Assembly: GCA_965214915.1 (NCBI GenBank)
Contig: CBDCCP010000003.1
Location: forward strand, 283,081-347,080
Source of the DNA: Bryobacterales bacterium
GTDB lineage: Bacteria; Acidobacteriota; Terriglobia; Bryobacterales; UBA6623
Length of the DNA: 64,000 nucleotides
Direction: 5' to 3'
Below the pieces are notes generated by a model. It was not told the origin of the DNA and searched no databases. It saw only the letters and a program-made list of their open reading frames with translations. Within the stretch, counting starts at the first letter, position 1. Each line of letters starts with the position of its first letter. Below, one piece after another: positions 17,769 through 28,900 of the stretch. Made by a program: the position numbers and the translations under genes.

Positions 17769-19025
17769 TCAAATTTCGAGCAAAATGCGCAGCGGGTCTT
17801 CGATCGTTTCCTTGATGTGCTTGAGAAAAGTGACCGCCTCGCGGCCGTCGACCAGGCGATGGTCGTAGGTGAGGGCGAGGTACATCATCGGGCGGGCGAC
17901 GATTTGGTCGCCGCGGACGACTGCGCGCTGCTCGATGGCGTGCATGCCGAGGATGGCGCTTTGCGGCGCATTGACGATCGGCGTCGAGAGCATGGAGCCG
18001 TAGATGCCGCCGTTGCTGATGGTGAAGGTGCCCCCTTGAAGCTCCGAGAGCTCGATGCGGTTCTGTTTGGCGCGCGCGCCGAAGTCGGCGACCGCTTTCT
18101 CGATTGCGGCGAAGCTGTGCGACTGGGCGTTGCGGATGACCGGCACGACCAGGCCCCGGCCTCCGCCCACGGCGATGCCGATGTCGCAATAGTTGCGGTA
18201 AACGATATCGCCGTCGCGAATCGCCGCATTGACCGCGGGAACCGCTTGCAGCGCCTGCACGGAGGCTTTCACGAAGAACGACATGAAGCCGAGCTTGATG
18301 CCGTGGGTTTCGAGGAACCGTTCCTTGTGCCTGTTGCGCATCTCGATCACCGCTGACATGTCGGCTTCGTTGAACGTCGTCAGCAGGGCGGCGTTTTGCT
18401 GCGCCTGAACCAGGTTGCGCGCGACCGCCTTGCGCAAAGGCGTCATGGGGACGACCCGCTCTTCGCGGGCGCCGGCTGCCGGCGCGGCAACCGGAGGGGG
18501 CGAGGAGGGCGGCGGTGGAGCGGGTGGGGGAGCCGGCGCAGCGGCAGCCGGAGCCGGGGGAACAGGCGGAGCAGGCGCAGGCGGGGGCGGCGCCGCGCGC
18601 TCCTCGGCCGCGCGCGCGGCGTCTTCCTTGAGGATGCGCCCTCCCGGACCGGTTCCTTCGACTTCCGCCGCGGGCACGCCGCTTTGCGCCAGCAGGCGCT
18701 TCGCAGCCGGCATGACGCGCGGCTCCGCGGGTTTCGCCGGAGCGGGAGCGGGCGGCGGCTCCGCGGCTGCCGGAACGCCGTCTCCGGCGCCCTCCTCGAT
18801 AATCGCAACGACGTCGCCGACCGCCGCGGCCGCCCCGGTTTCCAATCGAATTTCCGTCAAGATCCCCGTTGCGGGCGCGGGCAACTCCATCGCCGCCTTA
18901 TCCGTTTCGATTTCCACCAGCGCCTCGTCGATTTCCACGCGGTCGCCGACGCTCTTGCGCCATTCGCCGACTTGCACTTCGACGATCGATTCGCCCGCTT
19001 GCGGGATAATCACTTCTACTGGCAT
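17769..19025 (-). CDS. sucB: Dihydrolipoamide succinyltransferase (E2 of 2-oxoglutarate dehydrogenase)
   Basis: 418-aa ORF. Lipoyl domain with [12 protein letters not shown], an Ala/Pro linker, and a catalytic domain ending [17 protein letters not shown]. Confidence 0.9.
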   Translation of the reverse strand: MPVEVIIPQAGESIVEVQVGEWRKSVGDRVEIDEALVEIETDKAAMELPAPATGILTEIRLETGAAAAVGDVVAIIEEGAGDGVPAAAEPPPAPAPAKPAEPRVMPAAKRLLAQSGVPAAEVEGTGPGGRILKEDAARAAEERAAPPPPAPAPPVPPAPAAAAPAPPPAPPPPSSPPPVAAPAAGAREERVVPMTPLRKAVARNLVQAQQNAALLTTFNEADMSAVIEMRNRHKERFLETHGIKLGFMSFFVKASVQALQAVPAVNAAIRDGDIVYRNYCDIGIAVGGGRGLVVPVIRNAQSHSFAAIEKAVADFGARAKQNRIELSELQGGTFTISNGGIYGSMLSTPIVNAPQSAILGMHAIEQRAVVRGDQIVARPMMYLALTYDHRLVDGREAVTFLKHIKETIEDPLRILLEI

Positions 19026-19056
19026 CGCATTTCCTTGTATCGCACGATTCCCCGCG

Positions 19057-21930
19057 TCAAGAGCCGACCGGCGCGAACGCCTCGTCGATCAGTTGCTGCT
19101 GCTCCATCTTGTGGCTGCCCGCGGACCCCGTCGCCGGACTCGCCGAGGCATGGCGGAAGACCCCCGAAAACGGCCGCCCGTCCGGCAGCTTGTCGAGAAA
19201 GCGCGCCCGCAGATACAACCAGGCGCCCATATTCTCGGGCTCTTCCTGAACCCAGACGGCCGGCGCGCCGGAAGCGAACGGCGCCAGCGCCTCGCTGACG
19301 GCATCGTCGCTCAACGGATAAAGCTGCTCGAATCGAACGAGCGCCGTATCTTCAAAGCCGCCGCCCTCTTTAGCGGCGAGCAGATCGTAATAGATCTTGC
19401 CCGAGCACAGGAGCAATTTCTTCACCGCCTGTGGGTTCTCGACCGGATCGACAAGAATTCTGCGGAAGACGCCCTTGCTCAACTCGTCCAGATCGGATTT
19501 GACCTGCGGGTGGCGCAACAGGCTCTTGGGACTCATGACCACCAGCGGCTTGCGCCAGGGACGCACGATCTGCCGCCGCAGCACATGAAAGATCTGCGCC
19601 GGCGTGGTCGGGTTGACGACTTGCATGTTGTCTTCGGCGGCCAGTTGCAAGAACCGTTCCAGGCGGGCGCTCGAGTGCTCGGGGCCCTGGCCTTCGAAGC
19701 CGTGCGGCAGGAGCATGACCAGACCGCTCAGCCGCCCCCACTTGTCTTCGCCGCTGGCGATGAACTGGTCGACGATGACTTGCGCGGCGTTGACAAAATC
19801 GCCGAACTGCGCTTCCCAAACGATCAGCCCGTCGGGCCAGTCGAGGCTGTAGCCCCACTCGAAGCCCAGCACTCCGGCCTCGGACAGCGGGCTGTTGTGA
19901 ATTTCGAATTCGGCTTGGCGCGGCGACAGGTTCTGCAGCGGCGCGTAGGCTTTGCCGCTCTGCGTGTCGCGGAGCACCGCATGCCGATGGCTGAAGGTGC
20001 CGCGCTCGCAATCTTGCCCCGTGATGCGCACCTTGAGCCCGTCGGTCAGGATCGAGGCGAAAGCCAATGCTTCCGCCGCGGCCCAATCTAGGGCGCGCTC
20101 CCCTCTGGACATGGCCTCGCGGCTCTTGAGAATTTTTTCGATGCGGCGGTCGGCTTGAAAGTCTTGCGGCTTCGCGCCGAGCTTCATCAGCAGGGCGCGC
20201 AGACGCTTGTCGGCGACACCCGTGGCGACCTCGGCGACGCTCTTGTCCGTTCCCCCCTGGTAGCCGCTCCAGTGGCTGGTGCGGCGCCCTCCGGCGCCGA
20301 CGTAGTCTTCGCTGCGCGCCGCCGAAAGCTCTTGCTCGAGGTGGCTGCGGCGCTCGGCGGCGATGCGGCGGGCTTCCTCTTCGGTCACTCCTCCCTGACT
20401 GAGCAGGTGTTCCAGGTAGCCCTCATGCACCGATTTGCGTTGGGCAATCGCGCGCACCATCAGCGGCTGGGTGAAGCTCGGCTCGTCGCTTTCGTTGTGT
20501 CCGTGACGGCGGTAGCCGTACATGTCGATGACCGCGTCGCGGTGAAACGCATTGCGGAAGTCGATCGCCAGACGGACGACTTGGGCGACCGATTCGGGGT
20601 CCTCTCCGTTCACGTGGAAGATCGGGATTTGCAGCATCTTGGCGATTCCCGACGCATACGTCGTGGAACGGCCCTGCTCCGGCCGAGTGGTGAAGCCGAT
20701 CTGGTTGTTGGCCACGATATGCATCGCGCCACCGACGGTATAGCCCGACAACTCGCTCAGATTGAGGGTTTCCTGAACGATGCCTTCGCCGGCAAACGCG
20801 GCGTCGCCGTGAATCAGCACCAGCAGGCCGTGCTTGCGGCGGCGGTCGTAGTAGCGGTCTTGTTTGGCGCGCATACGGCCCATTGCAACCGGGTTGACGA
20901 ACTCGAGATGGCTGGGGTTGAAGCACAACGCCAGATGGACCTTGTTGCCCTTGGCGGTGACCCAGTCGCCGCGGTAGCCCAAGTGGTACTTTACGTCGCC
21001 GCGGCCGCGGTGACGCTCGCGGTCCGCGTCGTCGAATTCTCTGAAAATCTCCTGGGCGCTCTTGCCCAAAATGTTGACGAGCACGTTCAGACGGCCGCGG
21101 TGGGCCATGCCGAGGACGACTTGATCGACGCCGTGGTCGCCGGCTCGTTCGATGGCCAGATCGAGCAGCGGAATGAGGCTTTCGCACCCTTCCAGCGAAA
21201 AACTCTTCGCGCCGACGTATTTTTTCTGGATGAACTCTTCGAAAATTACGGCGTCGGTCAGCCGCGTCAAAATGCGCAACTGGCGTCTGCGGCTGAGCTG
21301 CAGCCGATTGGCGGACCCTTCCATGCGTTTCTGCAGCCACTCGCGGACCGCCATGTCGTCGATATGCATGAACTGCACGCCGATCGAGCGGCAGTAGGTC
21401 TCGCGCAGGCGTTCGATCACGGCGCCCACGTTCGGAGCGGCCCAGCCGGTCAGCGAGCTCGCAGAGACGGGGCGGTCCATGTAGGCCGGCGTCAGGCCGA
21501 AATACTCGGGTTCGAGCTCGGGAGGGGAAGGCCGCGGCAGCCCCAGCGGGTCGAGGTCGGCGGCCATGTGCCCGCGCACGCGATAGGCGCGTACGAGCTT
21601 GTCCACGCGGTCTTGCAAGCTTGCCGCGTCTTCGATCATTGCCTCGGCGACTTCGTAGGCATGGAGCAGCTTTTCGATGTTGTCCAGCGGCGGCGCATCG
21701 TTTTTCGGCGGGCCGGGCGCCGCCGGGGCCTGTGCTGCTTCCCGGGCCGGGGGCTCGGCCGGAGCGGCGCTCGTTTGAAGATCGTTTGCGTCCGCGCGGC
21801 GTTCCGGCAATTGCTCGAAGTAAGCTCGCCATTCCGCGGTAACCGAGTTCGGATCGCGCAGATAGTCGCTGTAGAGACTCTCGGCAAAAGCCAGGGAAAT
21901 GTCGTTCGGCCGTTGCGATCGATCGCTCAT
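19057..21930 (-). CDS. sucA: 2-oxoglutarate dehydrogenase E1 component
   Basis: Internal ATG 21930 of ORF 19057..22002(-). Starts [30 protein letters not shown]. Contains [21 protein letters not shown], and the QFGDF block ([14 protein letters not shown]). Confidence 0.93.
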   Translation of the reverse strand: MSDRSQRPNDISLAFAESLYSDYLRDPNSVTAEWRAYFEQLPERRADANDLQTSAAPAEPPAREAAQAPAAPGPPKNDAPPLDNIEKLLHAYEVAEAMIEDAASLQDRVDKLVRAYRVRGHMAADLDPLGLPRPSPPELEPEYFGLTPAYMDRPVSASSLTGWAAPNVGAVIERLRETYCRSIGVQFMHIDDMAVREWLQKRMEGSANRLQLSRRRQLRILTRLTDAVIFEEFIQKKYVGAKSFSLEGCESLIPLLDLAIERAGDHGVDQVVLGMAHRGRLNVLVNILGKSAQEIFREFDDADRERHRGRGDVKYHLGYRGDWVTAKGNKVHLALCFNPSHLEFVNPVAMGRMRAKQDRYYDRRRKHGLLVLIHGDAAFAGEGIVQETLNLSELSGYTVGGAMHIVANNQIGFTTRPEQGRSTTYASGIAKMLQIPIFHVNGEDPESVAQVVRLAIDFRNAFHRDAVIDMYGYRRHGHNESDEPSFTQPLMVRAIAQRKSVHEGYLEHLLSQGGVTEEEARRIAAERRSHLEQELSAARSEDYVGAGGRRTSHWSGYQGGTDKSVAEVATGVADKRLRALLMKLGAKPQDFQADRRIEKILKSREAMSRGERALDWAAAEALAFASILTDGLKVRITGQDCERGTFSHRHAVLRDTQSGKAYAPLQNLSPRQAEFEIHNSPLSEAGVLGFEWGYSLDWPDGLIVWEAQFGDFVNAAQVIVDQFIASGEDKWGRLSGLVMLLPHGFEGQGPEHSSARLERFLQLAAEDNMQVVNPTTPAQIFHVLRRQIVRPWRKPLVVMSPKSLLRHPQVKSDLDELSKGVFRRILVDPVENPQAVKKLLLCSGKIYYDLLAAKEGGGFEDTALVRFEQLYPLSDDAVSEALAPFASGAPAVWVQEEPENMGAWLYLRARFLDKLPDGRPFSGVFRHASASPATGSAGSHKMEQQQLIDEAFAPVGS

Positions 21931-22043
21931 CGATGAGGCTTCTTCCGCCCTGCCGGCGCCCTTGCGGCGAACGCCTAAGCTTCTTCCATATGAACACTGC
22001 AAGCCGCGGGCGTCAAGGGAGGAAACATGCGATAAACGAGAGC

Positions 22044-22898
22044 ATGGGCAACAGCGTTTGGGAACGGCTTACATCCGGCGGACTGTTTTTGATCTCGGGC
22101 CCTTGCGTGATCGAGTCGGGCGGTCACGCCTTGAAGCTCGGCAGGGCGGTTGCCGCAGCCGCGGCCGCCGCCGGACTGCCGGCGGTATTCAAAGCGTCGT
22201 TCGACAAGGCGAACCGCACGCGCGTGGATGCGTTCCGCGGTCCGGGGCTGAAAGAAGGGCTGCGCATACTGAGCGAGGTGAAACGCGAAACCGAGCTGCC
22301 CGTGCTGACCGACGTTCACGAGACGCATCAGGTCGAGGCCGCGGCCGAGGTTTGCGATCTCGTCCAGATTCCGGCTTTTCTCTGCCGCCAGACGGAGCTG
22401 CTCGTTGCCGCCGGCAGGAGCGGCCGAATCGTCAACATCAAGAAGGGGCAGTTCCTCGCGCCGGAAGACATGCGTTACGCCGCCGACAAGGTTGCTTCGA
22501 CGGGGAACCGCAGAATCCTGCTCACCGAACGCGGCAGCAGCTTCGGCTACCGCAACCTCGTGGTGGACTTCCGCGGGCTGGCGACGATGCGGAGGTTGGG
22601 TTACCCGACGGTGCTCGACGTCACCCACAGTCTGCAATTGCCCGGCGCTCAAGACGGCGCCAGCGGCGGACAGCCTGAGTTCATCGAGCCGCTGGCCCGC
22701 GCCGGCGCGGCCGTCGGGGTCGACGGTCTGTTCTTCGAAGTGCATGATTCGCCCGCAACCGCCAAATCGGACGGAGCGAACGCCTTGCGCCTGGAACTGC
22801 TGCCCGCGCTGCTCCAGCGGCTGGCGCAGATCCACCGTCTGACTTCGAGCTGGGGGCGGCCGGGCTGCTGCGCAGCCGATGGAGAGAGTGGCGAGTGA
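22044..22898 (+). CDS. kdsA: 3-deoxy-8-phosphooctulonate (KDO-8-P) synthase
   Basis: Internal ATG 22044 of ORF 21933..22898. Contains FLISGPCVIES, FKASFDKANR, LTDVHE, QIPAFLCRQTELL, NIKKGQF, LTERG, DVTHSLQ. Confidence 0.9.
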   Translation: MGNSVWERLTSGGLFLISGPCVIESGGHALKLGRAVAAAAAAAGLPAVFKASFDKANRTRVDAFRGPGLKEGLRILSEVKRETELPVLTDVHETHQVEAAAEVCDLVQIPAFLCRQTELLVAAGRSGRIVNIKKGQFLAPEDMRYAADKVASTGNRRILLTERGSSFGYRNLVVDFRGLATMRRLGYPTVLDVTHSLQLPGAQDGASGGQPEFIEPLARAGAAVGVDGLFFEVHDSPATAKSDGANALRLELLPALLQRLAQIHRLTSSWGRPGCCAADGESGE

Positions 22899-22944
22899 AA
22901 GTGGGGAGTAAAGCCGGCGCGGCGCTCCCGCTCGACGGCTTCTC

Positions 22945-25900
22945 TTACTCCACTGCTATCGTGACGCCGGGTTGACTCTTTTTGCCGTCTATGGCGAGAA
23001 CCACTTCCGCCTCGTCGGAGGGCTCGATCCCCGGCGGCACTTCCACGACGACCACGTTCACCGCCGCCAGCGTCGGCGCCAAGCCGGAGAACAACACTTC
23101 CTCCTCGGCAACTTCCACGCCTCCGATCCATACCCGCGGACGCTCTATCGTGCGCCGCGCGTTGACGTTTGAGAAGTCCTCCAGACAGACGCCGTCGGGC
23201 TCGCACGAGTTCATGCCGTCAGCCAACGGCGGCTCTGCCGGCCCCAGCCCCGTGGCGTAAATTTCCACCGTATCTCCAGCGCGCGCCGGCCGGCTCGCGC
23301 CGCCGTAGCTGCGCGCCGCCGCCGGCGCCGCCTCGCCGGAGAACAGCGCCGCCGCTTGGCCCGTTCCCGCCCCCGACATCGTGAAGATGCCCGGAGCGTA
23401 AACGGTTGCGAAGAATCTCCGAGGATAGCTGCTCCCCGCCGGCGTCTCCACGACCACCGTGGCCAAAACCAGGGCCGCGCCCGGCGCCTTCTCTGCGGAT
23501 CCCGCGGCCGTGGTAATGATCCCTGCGGCGTCGACCCTGCGGATACGGCGGTTGTGGGTATCGGCGATGTAGAGGTTGCCCAATCCGTCCGCCGCGACGC
23601 CGCGGGGGGAAGAGAGCTGCGCCTGCGCCGCCGGGCCGCCGTCCCCGCTGAAACCGGCCGCGCCGGATCCCGCGGCCGTGGTAATGATCCCTGCGGCGTC
23701 GACCTTGCGGATGCGGTGGTTGTTGGTATCGGCGATGTAGAGGTTGCCCAGCCCGTCCGCCGCGACGCCGCGGGGGAAGGATAGCTGCGCCCGCGTCGCC
23801 GGCCCGCCGTCCCCGCTGAAACCGGAGCCCCTGCCTCCCGCGACCGTGGTAATGATGCCCGCGGCGTCGACTTTGCGGATGCGGCTGCCGGCGGTGATGT
23901 AGAGGTTGTTGTCTCTATCCACAGCCACGCTCGCGGGATTGGTCAACCGCGCCGCGGTCGCCGGGCCGCCGTCCCCTGTGGCCCCAATCCTGCCGTTTCC
24001 CGCAACCGTGGCGATCGTCCCTGCGGCGTCGACCTTGCGGATGCGGCGGTTGTTGGTATCGGCGATGTAGAGGTTGCCTGCCCCGTCCGCCGCGACGCCG
24101 CGGGGGAAGTTGAGTTGCGCTGCTGTCGCCGCGTCGCCGTCTCCGCTGAAACCGGAGCCCCTGCCTCCCGCGACCGTGGTAATCATCCCCGCAGTGTCGA
24201 CCTTGCGGATGCGGCTGCCGCCGGCAATGTAAAAGTTGCCCCACCCGTCCACAGCCACGCTCGCAGGGTTGCTCAATCGCGCTGCTGTCGCCGGACCGCC
24301 GTCCCCTCCGGCCCCGCTGACCCCGGTTCCCGCGGTCGTGGAAATGATTCCCGTGACGGCGTCGACCTTGCGGACGCGGCGGCTGCTCCCATCGGCGATA
24401 TAGAGGTTGCCTACCCCGTCCAGCGCAACGTCTCGAGGCGATTCGAGTTGCGCTGCGGTCGCCGGACCGCCGTCCCCGTTGCCCACTCCCTCCCCGGTTT
24501 CCACCGTCGCGGGAATGAGGGTCTCCAGCCCCACAGCGGACGGCAACTGCGCCTCGATGCGCTGCGGCCCTACCGCGAACAGCGGCGCTTCCAGGCCGTC
24601 GAACAGCACCCGCGCGCCGCCCAGACTCACAGGCAGCGGAAAGCCCTGCGCCTCGACCGTTTCGCCGGACGTAAAATTCTTGCCCAGCACTGCGACCATC
24701 GAACCCGGCGCCACCGGCAGCGCTGCCGCTCCGAACGGACTCGTTCGTTCCCCAAACGCGCTCATGACGGCTGCGTTCACCACGCCAAGCTCCGCTACCG
24801 CCGGTCCCAGCGGCGGCAGCACCGTCAGCACGATGTTCAACCGCGCCGTGACGCGCCCCCCGGAGCGGATGTACAGACGCCCGCGATGCGTCCCTTCTCT
24901 CAACCCGGACGGGTCCACCTTAACCGTGATCGCCGTCTCTTCGTCCTCGGCCAGGCTGCCCCTCGCCGGTTCCGCCGCGATCCAGCGTTGTCCGGGCTGC
25001 GCCACGAAGTCCGCCTCGCCGTTTTCTGCGTACAGCACGATTGTTTGGGATGCCGGCTCATCGTCCTGCGCCAGTCTGAACGGCAGCTTGAAAGCCCGCG
25101 CCCGCACCGCTGGAGCAAGGATCTCTTCGATCTCTTCGCAGGGTAGGGGCTGCGGCTGAAAACCGGGAGTCTCGGGCATGGGCGACGGGAAGACGGTAGA
25201 AGCGTCGACTTTGCGGATGCGGTGATTGTTGGTATCGGCGATATAGAGATTGCCCGTTCCGGCCACCGCCGCGCCTTGGGGAGAGTTGAGTTGCGCTGCG
25301 GTCGCCGGGCCGCCGTCCCCGTTGAATCCCGCCGCGCCGCTGCCCGCGACCGTGGCAATCGTCCCCGCGGCGTCGACCCGGCGGATGCGGTGATTGCCGC
25401 TGTCGGCGATGTAGAGGCCGCCTGCCCCATCCACGGCCACGCCGCGAGGTCTGTTGAGTTGCGCTGCGGTCGCCGCGCCGCCGTCGCCGCTGAAACCGGA
25501 GCCGTTGCCTCCCGCCGCCGTGGTAATGATCCCCGCTGTGTCAACCTTGCGGATGCGGCTGCCGCCGGCGATGTAGAGGTTGCCCGCTCCGTCCACCGCC
25601 ACGCTCTGGGGATAGCTCACCCGCGCCTGGACTGCCGGCCCGCCGTCCCCTCCGGACCCAACCATGCCGTTTCCCGCGACCGTGGCAATCGTCCCCGCAG
25701 CGTCGACCTTGCGGATGCGGTGGTTGTTGGTATCGGCGATGTAAAAATTGCCCGCCCTATCCACGGCTACGCCGCGGGGAGAGCGCAACTGAGCCTGGTC
25801 CGCCGGGCCGCAATCGCCGCTGAAGCCGGCGCCGTTGCCTCCCGCCACCGTGGTGATAATCCCTGCGGCGTCGATCTTGCGGATGCGGTGGCCGGAGACG

Positions 25901-28900
25901 GTATAGAGGTTGCCGTCCCCGTCCACTGCCACGCTCACGGGGTTGTTCACCCGCGCTGCGGTCGCCGCGCCGCCGTCTCCGCCGGAGCCGCCGGCCCCGG
26001 TTCCGGCGACCGTGGAAATTTTTCCCGTAGCGGCGTCGACTTTGCGCACGCGGTGGTTGCTCCCATCGGCGATGTAGAGATTGCCCGCCCCGTCCACGGC
26101 GACATCCGGCGGGGAGTCCAGTTGCGCTTGGGCCGCCGCGCTTCCGTCGCCGCCGAACCCTTGGATTCCGTCTCCCGCGACCGTCTCGATCGTCCGTCCG
26201 ACGGGCGGAGGAGGCGCGTCGCTGACGGTGATGGTGACAGAGGCGGTGGCTTGCGCGCCCTTTGAATGAGTGACGGTCAGGGTGTATGTCGTCGTAACCG
26301 TCGGGGAGACTTGGCGCGAGCCGGATAGCGCAACCATACCGATGCCTGGATCGATCTCCGCGCCGGCCCCGTTGGTGGAGGACCAGGTGAGGGTGGAGGA
26401 CTGGCCGCCGGTGATCGTGGTCGGGTCGGCGCTGAGCGTGGCCGTGGGCGCCGGCGTGACGGTGAGCGTGGCGGTGGCTGCGGCCGGCACGCCGTTGGAG
26501 TCGGTGACGGTGAGCGTGTAGGCGATGGTTCCGGCTGCGCTGGGGGAGACGGAGTGCGCGCCGGCGGTAGCGGGGGAGACGGCGCCGACGCGCTGGTCGA
26601 TCCGGGCGGTAATGGCGTCGCCGGAGGCGGCCCAGGCGAGGGTGGCCGATTGGCCGAGGGTGATCGTCGAGGGGGTGACGGTGAAGCTGCTCACCGCCGG
26701 ACGGTCGGCCACGGTGATCGTGACCGAGGCTGCGGCCTGGGAGCCGTTGTTGTCGGTGACGGTGAGGGTGTAGGTGGTGTCGGCGGCGGGGGAGACGGTG
26801 ACCGCGCCGGCGGCGGCGGGAGAGACGGCGCCTATGCCGTTGTCGATCTCGGCGCTGTTGGCGTTGGAGGCGGTCCAGCGCAGGGTGGTCGATTGACCGG
26901 CGGTGATGGAGGCGTCGTCGGCGCTGAAGGCGAGCGTGGAGGGGTCCTGGACGGTGAGCGTGGCGGTGGCAGCGGCCGGCACGCCGTTGTTGTCGGTGAC
27001 GGTGAGCGTGTAGGCGATGGTTCCGGCTGCGCTGGGGGAGACGGAGTGCGCGCCGGCGGCGGCGGGGGAGACGGCGCCGACGCGCTGGTCGATCTCCGCG
27101 CTGACGGCGTTGGTCGAGGTCCACTGCAGCGTGGTCGATTGGCCTCTGGTGATGGTCGTGTCCGTAGCGCTCAGCGTGGCTGTGGGGGCGGCCGCGACGG
27201 TGACGGCGGCCGTAGCCCTGGCGGTGACGTTATTGGCGTTGGCGACGGTGAGGGTGTAGGTGGTGGTCGTCGTCGGGGAGACGGTTGCGGAGCCTGCGGA
27301 GGGCGGAGAGACGGCGCCGACGCCGTTGTCGATTTCGGCGCTGACGGCGTTGGTTGAGGTCCACTTCAGGGTCGTCGACTGGCCGGCGGTGATCTCTGCG
27401 GGGGCGGCGATGAGGGTGGCGGCGGGCATTGGCGGGGAGACCTTGCGGATGCGGCCGTTGAAAGCATCGGCGATGTAGATGTTGCCCGCCAAGTCCACAG
27501 CCACGTCATAAGGGCCGTCCAACTGCGCCTGGGTCGCCGGACCGCCGTTCCCGTTGAACCCTTGCTGCCCGGTTCCCGCGACCGTGGCAATGTTCCCGTC
27601 GGCGGCGTCGACCCAACGAATGCGGTGGTTGCCGGCATCGGCAATGTAGAGGTGGCCCGATTCGTCCAGCGCCACGCTGAAGGGGGCGTTGAGCTGCGCG
27701 GCAATTGCCGGACCGTTGTCCCCGCTGAATCCGCTCGTCCCGTCTCCCGCAACCGTGGTAATGTTCCCTGCGGCGTCGACCTTGCGGATGCGGTGGTTGC
27801 CGGTATCGGCGATGTAGAGGTTGCCCGATTCGTCCGGCGCTACGCCATAAGGGGAGTTGAGTTGCGCTGCGGTTGCCGCGCCGCTGTCCCCGCCGTACCC
27901 TTGCTGCCCCGTCCCCGCAACCGTGGCAATGTTCCCTGCGGCGTCGATCTTGCGAATGCGGTGGTTGTCCGTGTCGGCGATGTAAAGATTGCCCGCTCCG
28001 TCCGGCGCCACGCCATAGGGGACATTGAGCTGCGCCGCAGTTGCCGGACCGCTGTCCCCGCTGAATCCGCCCGTCCCGTCCCCTGCAACCGTGGCAATGT
28101 TCCCCTCGGCGTCGACCTTGCGAATGCGGAAGTTGAAAGCATCGGCAATGTAGAGGTTGCCCGACCGGTCCGCTTCCACGCCGGTGGGGTAGCTGAGTTG
28201 CGCTGCGGTTGCCGCGCCGTTGTCCCCGCTGTACCCTTGCTCCCCTGTCCCCGCGACCGTGGCAATGTTCCCGGTGGCGGCGTCGACCTTGCGAATGCGT
28301 TCGTTGTTCGTATCGGCGATGTAAAAATTACCCGCCCCATCCGCGGCTACGCCCCGGGGGAGGTTGAGTTGCGCCGCCGTCGCCGACTCGCCGTCGCCGC
28401 TGAAACCGTTGCCGTTGCCTCCCGCCGCCGTGGTAATGATCCCTTCCGCGTCAACCTTGCGGATGGCCGGCTTGGCGGTCGTCGAGGCGCCGGCATAGGC
28501 GGTGGTAATGATCCCTTCCGCGTCAACCTTGCGGATGCGGCTGCCGCTGGCGATGTACAGGTTGCCCGCCCCGTCCACCGCCACGCTCCTGGGGTTGCTC
28601 ACCCGCGCCAACGTCGCCGGCCCGTTGTCCCCTCGGGCGCCGCTTGTCCCGTTTCCGGCGAACGTGGTAATCGTCCCCGTGACGGCGTCCACTTTACGCA
28701 CGCGGTGGTTGCTCCCATCGGCGATGTACAGATTGCCCGCCCCGTCCACGGCCACGTCTCGAGGGGTCAACTGCGCTTGGCTCGCCGGTTCGTCGTCCCC
28801 GCCGTATCCGGAATCGGTGGTTCCCGACGATCCCGCTACCGTAGTCATGTTGCCCGCAGCGTCGATCTTGCGGATGCGGCCGGTATCGGCGACGTACAGG

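Noticed and set aside
20155-21997. 593-aa (+) and 524-aa (-) ORFs overlapping sucA
   Set aside because: They are alternative frames of the strongly supported sucA gene. Their composition is Arg/Pro-rich and not protein-like.
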